A stretch of DNA of 61,172 bases, filler included, from Sphacelaria rigidula (Eukaryota), in the NCBI GenBank assembly GCA_964200075.2. It is 9 parts of 9 records of this genome, joined end to end, with 100 filler letters (N's around TTAATTAATTAA, not from the genome) between each part and the next. Parts side by side here need not be neighbours in the genome. Positions count along the whole stretch, not along the records: positions 34,044 to 40,751 come from CAXNAA020018485.1; positions 40,852 to 47,558 come from CAXNAA020018486.1; positions 47,659 to 54,365 come from CAXNAA020018487.1; 6 more parts are not named here. The stretch is one strand, 5' to 3'. Made by a program: the position numbers and the translations under genes. Below the pieces are notes generated by a model. The model made no database searches. It saw only the letters and a list, made by a program, of their open reading frames with translations, and was not told the origin of the DNA. Of this stretch, positions 37,020 to 50,267 are shown piece by piece; position 1 is the stretch's first letter; every line of letters starts with the position of its first letter.

Positions 37020-38414
37020 GTGACTTTGTCTTGTCGCACTGCTAGAGCGCGATGGATAATGTCTTCATGAAGTAGAGAGTAGAGGATACGAATGAGAGTG
37101 AAAGGCGGTCAATTCGAGAATTAATCGTTTCTGTTCCGAAATTCCCATCCACGAGGCTCAATGTGCTTTCTGTAGTAGCTTGTCACTGGGGTCCTTGATA
37201 TCCCTGAGTAGGATATCGACGTGTAGCCGGAAGCACACGCCAGGTATGGGCAAAGGCAAGAAGCAAAGAAAAGCACACATGGAAAGAAAAATTGACCAAG
37301 TTAAAGCGAATGATCAAAGTCCCTCTTAATCAGCGCTCCACGCTCAATCTGCCGGAAACGTTGTTTATGGCCGTTCTCATCGTGCGTGTTTAAAAGGGGA
37401 TCTGTTTTTTTCCCTCCAGCTTGGACCATCATCCATCATCTAGCTAGGACTATCTGAGCATGTGAGATGAACAATGCGGCCGTCGTTGCGGGTATCTTCG
37501 GGGTATGGATGGATTAATAAATGCCACGACAAACATGAGGTGTTTGCCCTATGGTAGCGCTTTGCGTACGAGCTAGGCCAGCCTAGAAGCGGAGCTGTAT
37601 TTAGTAGGCAATTTGGAAGCTCAGTTTGAGAGTGGTGCTTCGAGTTTTGGGGTGAGAAATTGCAAGAGGATAATAAAACACATGCCTCAGGACATTGGTG
37701 ATGAAAATATTGAAGCAGGGGCAGAGAATAATATCCGTTTCCCATCAGAACGTCCTAAACTCATGAAAATTGCAAAAAAATGATTTAGCCTCTCGTTTTT
37801 TTATTGTGTCCTTGCGATTCTCCATACCAAGTTCATCGAAGCATAACTCTCAAAATGAGGTGCTCAACCCAGATTTACAGGCTGGACCAGCCTAGAAACA
37901 AGGCTATTGTCGTAGTAGTAGACAATTCAGCAGCTCAGTTTCCAGAGTTGTGAGTTTTAATTTGGTGCAGAGAATCGCAAGGGCATACGAGCTGGTTCCC
38001 GCTAATCACCGAAAGTTCAATCATCCTCAAATGTCCACGCCGATTCTTGGAGTTAGTGAGAATTCGCACACATATACTATCTATGGGACATGAGGAAACT
38101 ATTAACGGATGTGATGGTTTGTTTTTTGTCTTTGGAGGGTCCCAGGGTCCTGGGGTGTATAGCCTCTGCCAGACGATCTGGACAAGAGGACTATCCACGA
38201 GGGACTCCTCCACTAGCACTGGCCTCATCCTCGACAAGTCCTTTCTTTTAACTTGTTATTATTGCGGAATGATCCTCAACAGACCGCATCACAAGCCAGA
38301 AGCAAGGGGCCACACAGATGAGGGCCATAAATCCAGGATCCCCTGTCTCCTGCCACTGCTCCAATCATTCATGCGAGTATACTGAAACCTACGGCTTGGT
38401 ATTATTTGGCTACA

Positions 38415-40215
38415 GCACCCCCAAAGCGAGTTCAAGACGAACGAACGAGCTTAACCACCAACGAAAACCAAGGCGAAATCGTATGCGCCAGATCACAAAG
38501 AAATACCATACTCCGACGCTAATTCACTTGTCAGCGCCCGAGTCAACCGCATTTTACGCAGCTCCTTGAAAACAAATTCAGGTGCAGAAGTGTGAATCTT
38601 GGGAAGAGACTCCCACGAACGTTCTTCAGCACCGAACTCTTCCCAATCGACCAAAACAATGATATCACCACTGTCATCCTCAGCGACGTGCACCAAAGCA
38701 TCATCCGACATTCACCTTGAGCATACGGATGCTGAAATATATATTTTAGTTCCGCAGTGATGTGCAACTGCGAGTCAGCATAAAAACGAAAACGAGCGAC
38801 ATGGGCCGAGTGCACGGCGCTAGAAACAATGTTCTGCACCGAATACACGTGAGTGTGATCGGCTCCGACCACTCGCCACGGACCTGTCCACGTGGACATC
38901 AACTTTGGCGTCACACCGTGTATACGAACACGGGCAAACAATACGAAATCGCCAGCTGCAAATTTGGGCAACACAGCCTGGCCCTGAGCAAGCTTGCGTT
39001 TGGTTTCGCGAGACACCGCGACAGCAGCTTGCACTTCGTTACAAAACCGCAGTTGCTCGTCAAGCACGCCTCGAACCTTGTCACGCAACGAATCAGCATC
39101 GATGACATCGCCGTTCCACTCGCCGCCAGTGATAGAAGCCAGCGCGGAAAACGCTGTCTGCGGCGCACGCCCAAACATCACGTAATACGGAGTTTTACGG
39201 TGGCGTTCACGAAATGAAGTATTCAACGCCCACTGAGCAGCTGGCAAAACATCAACCCAAACAGACACCGGCCGTCTCTGTTCCGACAAAATGCACCCCA
39301 CGCACGAACAACCTCTTCCACCATGTGTTCACAAGCACCGTTCGACCAAGGGGTATACGCAACAACAAATTGGTGCTGCACCTTGAGCGCATCGCTCAGC
39401 TGCGCGATCACTCGATTCTTGAAGTGCGTGGCTGTATCACTAACCCACACACGCGGCACTCCTGAAGTCTTGCAGCAATGGAGCAAGTGCTTAGCCGTCA
39501 CCTCGGCGGTGCAAGCCTCGGTCGGCTCCACCGAAACGAAATTGGACAAATCATCCATAATAACCAAAACGTACCGAAAACCATTCGCATCAGGCAAACC
39601 ATTAGCACCTTCAGGTCCGCTACTTCCGAAGTACAGAAAACCAAAGTGAGAAACTTCACCTGGCGCAGTGCCATGCACAGTATCGCCATACGGACAAGCT
39701 ACAATCGCACCAGCACGAGTGTCTGCACAACGTAAACACTGGCGAACGAACTCGCGAACGTGGGAATCCATGTGAGGCCACACACAGTATTCTTTCAAAC
39801 GAAACAGAGTCGGTACCACACCACGGTGACCAGCCAATCGCATGTGAGCGCACACCATCAAGCGAGCTTGTAGAGCTTTATCATCCGACGGAATCCACAA
39901 AACATCACTACTGCCAACACGCACGCGAAACAAACCATCGTCAGCCAAAGTAGGTTGACCGAAAGTCGTAGGAAAAGAATGAACACCGTCCCAATTGTTT
40001 CGCGCTACGCGGTACGAATGACATCTAACGAGGGCAGCGAGTCATCGGCATCACACGGGCTGTACACGGCAACAGAATGAACAGGCACGGTAGGGACCAT
40101 CACCCAGAGAGACAACAAATCTCCACCAACAATTGCGCTCTCCAGGAATGTGTTCAATGGCATACCGGTATTGGCCTAGTACTCCCTTCCAATTTTCAAG
40201 CCGTTGTGCCATGGC
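38415..40215 (-). mobile_element. Degenerate Ty3/Gypsy chromovirus-type pol fragment (RNase H end, integrase, chromodomain), with frameshifts
   Basis: AQRLENWKGVLGQYRYAIEHIPGERNCW; HHCC finger (AHMRLAGHRG...CLRCAD); core YVLVIMDDLS, WVSDTATHF, WSNGACEH; WTGPWRV; chromodomain IVLVDWEEFGAEERSWESL. A G-rich tract precedes TGTAGCC at 38414, a probable 3' LTR start. Confidence 0.92.
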
Positions 40216-40437
40216 CCTCGTTACCGATGCGACATACTCTTCAGGGGGGGGGAGCATGGCTGCACAGGGGGCGGGAAAATAACCTTCTCCGGCGGATGTT
40301 TTCAGTCCGTATCTAGGGGTGATATCCACCGTTTTGGCCCATACCGTGTGAACGGCAATACCTTTGCATAACATAGAAGCTATTTCGGAATAGGTCAAAT
40401 ATTCGAATGTATTTATCCCCATCCTTTCATGTTTCCG

Positions 40438-40751
40438 TTAGCCTGGTCCGGCGAGAACCCGGCGTGCTCCGCCCCGGCTTTGTAGGGGCAGACCCTCGAT
40501 GGGGTTGGCGTCGGTTGGCGATGACGCTATAAAACACGCCACTCACTGCGTAAGCCAGGCAACCAGGTTACCGCTTTTTTTGCGCGCTTGCATATTTTTT
40601 GCGGTAACCATGATGGTAGTCCAGCTAGACCATGTTGTGCGGCGTGGGAGAACCTCAACTCCACACAGCGGGGATGATCGTACCACGTAGTGTTTAAATG
40701 GTGAGACATCAATGAGGCATTGTATAAGCCGTGGCTGTCTCTGGAAGTGCC
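40438..40751 (+). repeat. R1 repeat fragments (40438-40487; 40503 to contig end)
   Basis: Matches 12648-13148 and 44454-44962. Confidence 0.9.
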
Positions 40752-42326
40752 NNNNNNNNNNNNNNNNNNNNNNNNNNNNNNNNNNNNNNNNNNNNTTAAT
40801 TAATTAANNNNNNNNNNNNNNNNNNNNNNNNNNNNNNNNNNNNNNNNNNNNTTTCGTGCAAGACAGATATGCCACTTCAGCCCCATATTTTGTTTGAACC
40901 CCAAAATATAAAATCGGCTGTTAAGGGGAGATCGCAGAGAAGCGTACATAACCGGTACCAAAATCATCGTCTCGCGAGTAAGAGCGTTCATAAAGTCACA
41001 GTACACTGCATGGCTTGCACAACAAAGCTTCGGGGCTAATCCTTTATGCGCGCGATCTCAAAATGCTGAAAATTCAACATCAACGGGAACCGATGCATCC
41101 ACCCGACATTTTCGACAAACCAACCGAGGTTTCCATTAGCCCAGAATTGCATACAGATGAAGAAATAGGCAAATGCCCTAAGTAGACCCTTGTACCCGTC
41201 CCCCCACTTCCACCGTTCCACCGCCGCCCTACGCCGACGAACTGTTCCGTTGACCACTTCTTATTTGTTAGTGGTCGAACAAGCCATTTGTCAAGCCAGA
41301 GTTCGAAGTGGCTAAGCGAATGGTGGGGCTGCTCTATTTTCAGGTACGCACTTGCCTAGCCCTGTGACAGAGCGGGGTGTAGAATATTCACTGAAGGAGC
41401 ATTCACACCGTAAACTCGACGAGAAACCGTCCGTACTCACTTTCCGGGTACTCTGCGCCCCGTCGCGTGTTTGTATGGGTTTTAGAATGATATACTCAGA
41501 TCAAGTGATTGTTGGATCAATTGTGATGATCTGAAGTGATCTAGATCATATCCAGATCTGATATGATCGATCTAGAACAATTGTTCCGAGATATGTTAGG
41601 TTTTTAGTGACTTTAGACCACTTCCTACTTAGAGAGGATCGGCTTCTTTCCAAGGCTCGAAGCTTTCTCAGGAACGTCAACCTGTGTGGAGATTGGCCTC
41701 GTTAGCGTGTTCGCGGTAGAAATCATGGAAGATATGGGGAAACCTGTCATACCGGACAAGACTCCGCCCACTGACGTTAGGGGGCAAATGAAATGTGTGC
41801 ATGAATGTAGAGACGGTGATTTCGAGGACTCTAGCGTCAATGTCTAGTCATTACTAGCGTTGTTGGGATGACTGCTCGTTTCAAGTGTGATGATGTCGCT
41901 GCTCAAAGTACGCTGACGTGTGCGTGTTTGTCATGAAGGCATTGGTTCCTGCAGCATTCGTAATATATATATATATATTGATTAAGCAAAACCTCATCAA
42001 TATCACACATATACTCGAAGTGTATCTGAGTACAAATGAGTGTGGTTTCTGCGCAAGACCTTTCCGCCAACGCCACGTGGCAGAAGTCGGCCATTTCTAT
42101 TATTTCGTCTTGTTTTTCTCTTCTCTTCTCTTCTCTTCTCATTTTTTTTGTAGCCTACTCTCTTTGCATGTTTCAATTTTTCTACTTTTCTTCACGTTTC
42201 CTCAGCGGGTGTTTCGTTTTTTCTGTCTCAAGTACGTCTATCATGTGGATAATGACCACGACCGGATCATGACTCCTGAGGGATAAGTAAAGTGCGACAA
42301 TCACTCAAATCAACCGAACATTCGAA

Positions 42327-42591
42327 CAGTCACGCTACGATAGGGGCGCGCGCGGGGGGAGGGGGGGGGGGGTATTTTGGGCCGTTTTCTTCCACGAAAT
42401 TTCAACTCAATCGCCGTTGAAAGCAGCAACGGTACTTCGAACGCGCTTGCTGCTGATAAATAATGCTCGTTCATACCGCTTTACACCGCGTTTACCCAAA
42501 TACAAGCGCACCGCGAGTGTTTAAGGTCGTTTCACGCATCTATGAGAACATTTTCGTGGAATCAAACACCCCCCCTATCGTAGCATGACTC
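42327..42591. mobile_element. MITE with 4-bp TSD (CGAA), possibly Sola-type
   Basis: cgaa|cagtcacgctacgatagggg ... cccctatcgtagcatgactc|cgaa. Confidence 0.75.
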
Positions 42592-44130
42592 CGAAGTACT
42601 GTATTAGGAATTCGGGGCCCTGATTGGTGGTATGCACACCAGGTGTTGAACAGATGACTTGAGGAACAGGCGAGTGTCACTTCCGCCGTGAAACCGGTCT
42701 CAAAGTACGTGCAACGTACCTGGAAACACTGTTACTACTGTGGTTGCAGGCAGTAACCGAATGGCATTAGTTTGATGAAATTCCTTTTGCCAAAAGTTAT
42801 GTTTTACCGTTTCTGTTTTTTCCTCTTTTTTTAGTGAGTGTTTCAGCTTTTTTGTCTCGGGTAAGTCTACCATGTAAATAACGGCAGCGGCTGGATCATG
42901 GCTGGATCATTACTCCTTGGGGGTCAGTCAAAGGGCGACAATCAATCGATCAACAAAAAACATGCGAGCAGCGCAAACACACACAACGATTACCTGGCCC
43001 ATGAAGTGTTGCGAGCGAAGTTGTGAATATCCTTCTATTTGCCGCTCATTCAAATTTCAAAGTTTCGCGGCCAACTGTGTGGACATGCCTATGGCCCGTG
43101 GTGGGGAGTTGTATCAGCAGCAGCAGCAGAATGAGCCTAGTGCATGCACTATTTTCTCGGCTTCGAGGCGAGAAATATCATGCATCAACTTTTCTAGGGA
43201 ATAACACGCAGATATAATACGTATTGTAGCTCTGTGCTCGTCCCTGTAATCACGTATCGTAGCTTTGAGATGGTGTTCCTTTTTCGCTGTTCCGGCTGTT
43301 TGAATGCCCTTTAAGAATAGTAATCAATAATGGCTACGGCCGTTGTTTTGGTGCCATCCAACAAGCCATTTTTGTCACGTCAATCTCTTGTCAGGTTTTT
43401 GTATGCGATGCTTTCTTGTAACCCGAGGAAGGATATGCACCGGCCACCGTCATATGCACCGCGTTTTCTTGCTGCCCACATGCGACGCCACTCGGCAATC
43501 TGAAATCAGAGTCAATCTATGTCGGAGGCGGAAGGGGAGGGGGGGGGGGATGCTAGGAGATGATGTCGCGCCCCTAGCTTGTTTCGTGTGTTTCGACCCG
43601 TTTCTTGATATTTTTATGATGTAGGGATGGCACAGCGCATTAATCCAAATATATGAGTAGGCTCACCTCGTAGCACTACAAGACACCTCCATTAGCCCGT
43701 GCTTAGATATCAAGCGTTGAGTTGGTGTACCCCCTCCTCGAGAAGAATCCACTCACGGTACCCGTTACCAACAAAAAATAGTGCCCCAGCAGACCTACGA
43801 CTTTCGATCGTTCCGAAGCCCGTTAGGTGCTTAAGAATGTTCGAAGCGAGGTTGTGCTGGTCATTTATGGGTCCTTTTTTACGAGCCAACGCCCCCCGAT
43901 TCTATCAACCCAAACGTTTTTTGTGTGGAGCTTGTTTATTTTTGGGAGGGGGGGGTGTACTCATGAGGGTGGAGCTCTTGGGAGATGGGGAGCAAGTTTC
44001 ATTTTTTTCACCTTATGTCGCTCCTCCGCTCATCCGTGTTGTGTGAAATCTACTGCGATCGTGTTGTGTGCGACTTATGTTTTGTAATGATGGTGACGAC
44101 TACGTGGATAATGACCGTGGATCTGAGCAG

Positions 44131-44238
44131 GCCCTGGTTCTGGCCGCTTTTCCTTTCTTCCCGCTGGGCACGGTGTTCATCGCGCCGTTCCTCATCGTCT
44201 CTTTCAAGTTCGAGAAGGCCCTTCTCACAACGTTTCAG
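44131..44238 (+). CDS. Exon of a probable TMC (transmembrane channel-like) family protein
   Basis: gagcag acceptor and GTATGT donor, phase 0; ALVLAAFPFFPLGTVFIAPFLIVSFKFEKALLTTFQ. Confidence 0.65.
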
Positions 44239-44453
44239 GTATGTATGTATTATTTGTTGCAAATGTTTCTAGTGCGATGTTTCGTTTTGGCAGATACGAA
44301 GTCTCTCTTTTCTCCTCTAAAGCACGTGTACTCGCCGACATATGCAGCACCACGTATGGTCTGCATTGTCGTTCCCCCTCTCCTCCCCTCCCCCCCACCC
44401 CTCCCTCCCTCCCTCCCCCTCTCCACCCACCTCCCCAACCTCACTTTTGAGGA

Positions 44454-44962
44454 TTGGCGTCGGTTGGCAACGACGCTATAAAAGACGCCACTCACTGCGT
44501 AAGCTGGGCAACCAGGTTCCCGGGGAGGGGGGTCGCTCGCGTCTTTGTGTGGTGACCATGATGATTGTTGAGCTAGATCACATTGTGCGGCGTGGAAGAA
44601 CCTGAACTCCACGCAAAGGAGGCGGGTGATCGTACTACGTAGTGTTTATATGGTGACACTCCTATAAGGCAGTGTGTAACCCGTGGCTATCTCTGAAAGT
44701 GGCGATACCAGGAAATGAAGCAATTCGTTGGAGGCTGTCATCCATACGCAAGATAATCAGTACACCTCTAGCCGAATAATGTTCGTAGGATGCAGCTCAC
44801 GCTCCATGCGACTCGTCGAACACATCACGGCGCTCCGCGCTTGGTGATCGTTCGCGAGCCTGGTCTGGCGAAAATCCGGTGTGCTCCGTCCCGGCTTTGT
44901 AGGGATGCGCGGTCAATGGTCTAATGACTACGGCATGCAAGATCACGATCACACCCCCCTCC
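44454..44962 (+). repeat. Full-length R1 repeat in the intron of the TMC-like gene
   Basis: Runs from ttggcgtcggttggcaacgacgc to atggtctaatgactacggcatgcaagatcacgatcacacccccc. Confidence 0.9.
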
Positions 44963-45386
44963 GCATACACGTTCCCAACACATACTTTTTTACGGTGACT
45001 CCTCAACCCGTTTGACTGTCGTATTCGACAGTCGCTTTGAAACCCTGTATACCGATGCGAACGCATTTGACTCTTGTATTCTAATATGCAGACGCCCCTG
45101 CAGGAAAGATCCAAAAGCCTCAAAAGTGACTAACGCGCGGGCACCAGCTATGCGTAGTCCCTCGACCCTCGGTGGAACCATAGCACCCCTACACTGTGCA
45201 CGCCAACCATGATTGAGTATCGTGTCGTGTGCGGCCACGAAACAACTGTATGCCGTTGGTACGGGGAAAGCGCGTCCCTACGACCCATGACCCCACAACT
45301 TGTAGAGTTCAGCCTTCCTAAACCAGACCTTGAACCGCGGCCCTGACCCCGTCTCCAACCCGACCTCCATCGCATGGGGGTAAAAG

Positions 45387-45530
45387 TCCAAGCCCAAGGG
45401 GAGGTTAAAGGCACATGATGGATACTCAGTTTTCATCAAGTTCTATCTGGCCACACTCGTTCTGCTCGGCGTGATGATCACCCTCTTCCTGGTCGGTAAC
45501 AAGACCTTCGCCAAGAATTGCTCCATACAG
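45387..45530 (+). CDS. Next exon of the probable TMC-like protein
   Basis: aaaag acceptor and GTAAAC donor, phase 0; SKPKGRLKAHDGYSVFIKFYLATLVLLGVMITLFLVGNKTFAKNCSIQ continues the TMC pattern (basic/Pro loop, TM helix, extracellular Cys). Confidence 0.6.
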
Positions 45531-45807
45531 GTAAACGGATACTATTTGAGACTGCAGACCGTTCAAACCAACACTCTTTCTTCTGTGAGGGTTTGTGCGG
45601 CCTCGAACCTCTATAGTGCTAGAGCCCTGTTTTCTGGCAGAAAAAAAAAATAAGTTCGGCGAAACGTTGATCGGCTGCGGAAGTGCTGACGCAAGGCTGG
45701 ATAATGATGTGCAATTGAAGGGTGAAGTAGGCTGGCCTCTCGAGATTGCGGACTCTTCTCGAGTACACGTGGCAGCAAAACAAACCTATTCTTGAGCAAT
45801 ATAATAA

Positions 45808-45966
45808 CAGTAGTAGTGTAGTAGTGTAGTTGTGGTGGTTGTAGCAGCAGCAACAGTAGTAGTAGTGGTGGTAGCAGCAAAGCCACAGCAGCAGGAATAG
45901 TAGTAGCAGTGTAGTAATAGTGGTGGTCGTGGTGGTAACGGTGGTAGTAGTAGATAATAGTGATAG
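45808..45966. repeat. Degenerate (GTA/GTG/GCA)n microsatellite
   Basis: Direct reading of the sequence. Confidence 0.85.
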
Positions 45967-46548
45967 CATCCGGCTAGGGTCTAGAACAGACCACGTGATT
46001 TTCAGGGTGCACAGAATATTATGACGACGACGGAGCGTACGTCTCAACCGCACTTGGTGTGTGTACTCGGTTTTTCCTACATGCTCTGTCCTACAGCTGG
46101 TTACCTACTTTTCAGAGGCTGCCGCGTGCGCCTGTATCAGACTAGCCTACATCGAGCGTCGTATTCTCAGAATATATAGGGCTATGTTATCTTGGAGGTA
46201 GGCGTGTTTGGAAAAATTGAAGTTACTTGTCTTCAACATCAAGGGGTAAACCAAACCAGGCACCACGTGTGGAGTCGCCTACAGACAGAGATGGGTTTGT
46301 GCGCACGCTCTTACATTTCCGTGTAACCTCCATCTAGGATATGAATATTTTTCCGGAATGTTCATCTTGCATGCCGGATTTATCCAAGGCTTTCACTTGG
46401 GGTATGTATACCTACCTAGGATATCCATCTATCTGGGTTTTCATATGCCTCAGGAATGTCCATCCTGATATCCATCTGAGATATCTCAATCCGACATCTC
46501 CATCATCTGGCATATTGGGGCGATCTAGGACCTCTATCATGAATATTG

Positions 46549-46718
46549 CACACCCTGGACAATATATGGTCAATAGATTCAATAGACGAAAACTGTACTG
46601 CATACAGTATGAGCCTATTGCAACTATTGCCGGCCGACAACAGCCGCAATAGGCCTATACTTTATGCAGTACGTTTCTTGTCTACTGCAACAATTGACCA
46701 TATATTGTCCAAGGTGTG
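46549..46718. mobile_element. 170-bp palindromic hAT-type MITE with perfect 8-bp TSD
   Basis: GAATATTG|cacaccctggacaatatatggtcaat ... attgaccatatattgtccaaggtgtg|GAATATTG. Confidence 0.88.
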
Positions 46719-48177
46719 GAATATTGTCATCAATTCGGGACCTCCACCTGGGATATGGCCACCTTTTTGTATATAAATCGCGAACGCCGACTTCAACTTC
46801 ATCTGTGAGGTGCACGCGTAGTCACTATATTGGAGCGGTCTTCTCGCGGGGTATTCGACGTAAACCTTTTGAGTAGGGGCGAAGACAGTCCGAGCAAGGC
46901 TCTGGCTTTAGGCTAAGAACCCTAGCCCCCATTGGCGTCAACTTATCCGATCAGAGGTGTATATGCCAGGATGTTCCACATTTATGTATACACATAGCCA
47001 GGTTGGTGTCCAGACAAGATGGCCTATAGGTTCAGATGGACAGTCCAGATGGATCTGACGTCCCAGTTGGATACCCCAAGAGGGTATCCCAGATAGGTAT
47101 CCACACCTAGGTAGGCATCTGCCGGGGATATTCCAGGTAAATATAGACATCCTAATTGGAGTTGACATCCCAGACTGGAATTCCAGAAGAAGGTTTCAAC
47201 ACCCAGACATATCTCAGATGGATATCCCAAACGAATTCGGAGATGTCCACATCCTAGACGGATATCGACATCACAGGTAGTTATCCCGGATGAAGTTGAT
47301 ATCCTAGATAGATCCCCCAGGTAAATATCCATATCCCCACTAGGCGAAAGGATGCACGAGAACTCAGGACACGCTTTGTGCGGAGTCGTTCCACGAAATA
47401 GTTCAAATGTGAACGATGCTCCGACATCAATTGTGCTGCTCGAGACTCCAAGGATCCCCGTGAATATGACGATGCTACTGCGCGGCCGCACACGTGAGGT
47501 AAACTCGCGCGGGGGAGGGGGGGAGGGGGGGGGAGGGTGTACTCATGATCATGCATGCNNNNNNNNNNNNNNNNNNNNNNNNNNNNNNNNNNNNNNNNNN
47601 NNTTAATTAATTAANNNNNNNNNNNNNNNNNNNNNNNNNNNNNNNNNNNNNNNNNNNNGGGTGATGGCGTGGGTCTCGAATGCAACGACATGCGGTTGAT
47701 CCCAGAGCAATCTCGTCTATCCTCCCAAGTTGCAATCACCCATGACCTCCTGACATCGGAATAATTGTTACTTATAGGAACCTACTCGTACCTATTGTTG
47801 TACCGAGCTGTTCAGCGTGTGCTGCAGGTTGCGACATGGGCTGACGCCTATGCGCCACGCTAGCAACAGTTAGGTCATCACCATAGGTATCTTTTTTCAC
47901 TCCGCATGTTCCAATAGGCTTCTACAAGTGTTTGATCTCTCATAAACCCCCTCAACTGGCGTGTCTTGGTCGGGCGCCCGGCTGGCGGGGGAGATGTGGG
48001 TGAACTCAATGATGAATAACACCCCCATAAGTTCAAATTGGATATATCTGTTATTGCCGCAGCACCGTCCTTGCTGGCATGTGTGTTACAGAGAACAGTA
48101 CTAGCGGTGACGGGAACATTGCTGTGATGTGATCAGGGTGAGGCACCTTGAGAAGGGCGTAATGCCCCACAATTGTT

Positions 48178-48434
48178 GAGTAATGCTACGGTAGGGGTAC
48201 ACTTTTTCCGCGAAATTATGTCTAGTTCAGAGGCTCCTTACGATTCAAGATGCACAAAAATATGGGTCAGGATATCTCCGTTTGCGAATTCATTTGGGAT
48301 ATCCCCAGCACATTGGAGTAGTAATCCTGGCGTACTTTCACATATTTTCATAGCTCGCATTTTGCATGAGATAAAGGGCTCCCAACAATTCTAATCTCAG
48401 AAAATATGTGTGCACCCCTACCGTAGTATTACTC
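48178..48434. mobile_element. 257-bp MITE with 4-bp TSD (TGTT) and GAG...CTC ends, possibly Sola-type
   Basis: tgtt|gagtaatgctacggtaggggtacac ... gtgcacccctaccgtagtattactc|tgtt; TIR related to the element at 42327-42591. Confidence 0.85.
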
Positions 48435-50230
48435 TGTTCCAGGTTCAGACCTCTGTGTACGTTGTTTGTTTACTCAGCTCAGCAGCACAGGCTGACCATA
48501 GTCGCTCTCGTGTTGCATCCACACAAGGAGACAACAAGCAAATAATACAGACCAGAATAGCATTTTTATCACGCGATTGATTGCATCCAACTTCATCTAC
48601 AGAACAGGGAGATACAACACAAACCGAAACAAGCCGAAACCTCAGTCAATAAAATACACCAGACAAAACAGCAGCCCGACTACTGCTCTTATCTCTGGGA
48701 CTCACTTTCTCGCGGTTTGTAGATACTCCACTGGGGAACTGTTGAATCGCAGCCAAAAACCGGGAATGAAGAGAGAGTGACGCTCGTAGGGGCTGCTTAC
48801 AGCTTCAAACGTGTTTCGCCGCCCCCTAGTCACCATAAACTGAGGTCATACCATAAAATCCAAGAGCCGAGCTCCTCAATTCATGCCATGGTTGAGTCAC
48901 TACTTCATTTTTTTTCGAATTCAAATACATGCTCTCCGTAGAACGTCAACTTCAAGGGGCAGTCAATTCTCCGCTATTTGAATATGAAAATGTCCACCAT
49001 TCAATGTTACCTTTGCCCAAGATCAAGGCTACGTCCTGCAATCACATCGTATCACACTAGCCTCCAATGGGTAAAGCAATCGCAGGAGAACGCAGTGAAA
49101 CGAGGTTGCTTTACCCACCCATTCTATCTCCCACACCACAGAAAAATAAAAAAATCATAAAGCAAAACCAGATACCACAATAAAAAGAAAATGTGAGACA
49201 CATTAAGGGGGGAGTACTGTGACGGGGACTTAGAGGGCGACACGATATATTGAAAAAATCCGAAGGGTGTGAAAAACCCAAGAATCGACAACCTTCGAAA
49301 AAATAGCGCCGGAAGCTACAAAATATCCGAGAATCTAGGACAAATCCGCCATAAAAAAAAAGAAGAAGCTGAAGCAGCGAAAAAACAAGTCCGTAGTCCA
49401 TCGGCTACAAAACCTTGATATAAAGCTTGACTGCAATCATGCGAAGGGGAAATCATGTCTCAATAGACGTCCAGTTCCGCTGTGAGGGTTTTTTCAAGCA
49501 GTCCGCCAAGGCGTTTCACAGTACCGGGGAAGCACAAACGATCGTACACTTCTTTCATCAGTAGAATTCAACGGTGTTGAATGCTCAAACGGGAAAAGAA
49601 AATCGCTGAGCGGAAGACACCGGAAACCAAAATCAACATGTAGCCGTGAGGCAACATGATGCACCAACGTGACCAAGGGCGGCCCATCGAATTGAAAAGG
49701 TGCCCGTATCGTCCCACAAAGCGTCAATGAATAACACAAAACCGTAGGAGATAAATCCAAGGCGGGTAATCCGATGCGTTCGTGGCGAACCACGACAAGT
49801 ATACAGAAAGAGGGGTCAATGCGGTCCGCTCTTCGATACGTGCCCGTTCAGACGAAAAAACCGAGAGGGTGTGCATACAAACGGAAGGATAAACTCCCGC
49901 CGAGCACATCAACGTGATAATTCGCCAGCAATAACCCTACAACAAAAACGAACCACCGTACTGATTTCCGAAGCGGCGGACCGGATGTACTACCTCGAGA
50001 CTGCGAAAAACAAAACGATGTTTTTGGCGGACTGGTGTAGGGCGGAATATAGCCGAGCAACAGAACTGAACATAATCCAAGAGAAAAGAAATAACCCCGA
50101 ACATGGGACACCTGATACAGGGAGCAATTACAAAGAATCTGCGACGGTATTCAAGAAGAGGGCTTGTTGGACATGCAACATATAACCCGGTCATCGAAAG
50201 TCAACGTGAGTCCAACGGTATTAAGCTGTC

Positions 50231-50232
<2 letters not shown>

Positions 50233-50264
<32 letters not shown>
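50233..50264. repeat. (CA)n microsatellite
   Basis: Direct reading of the sequence. Confidence 0.95.

Positions 50265-50267
<3 letters not shown>

Noticed and set aside
49205..49230. Polypurine tract plus TG LTR start (aaggggggagtac|tgtgacgg)
   Set aside because: Wrong strand for the nearby minus-strand integrase and no matching LTR end found; cannot be supported.
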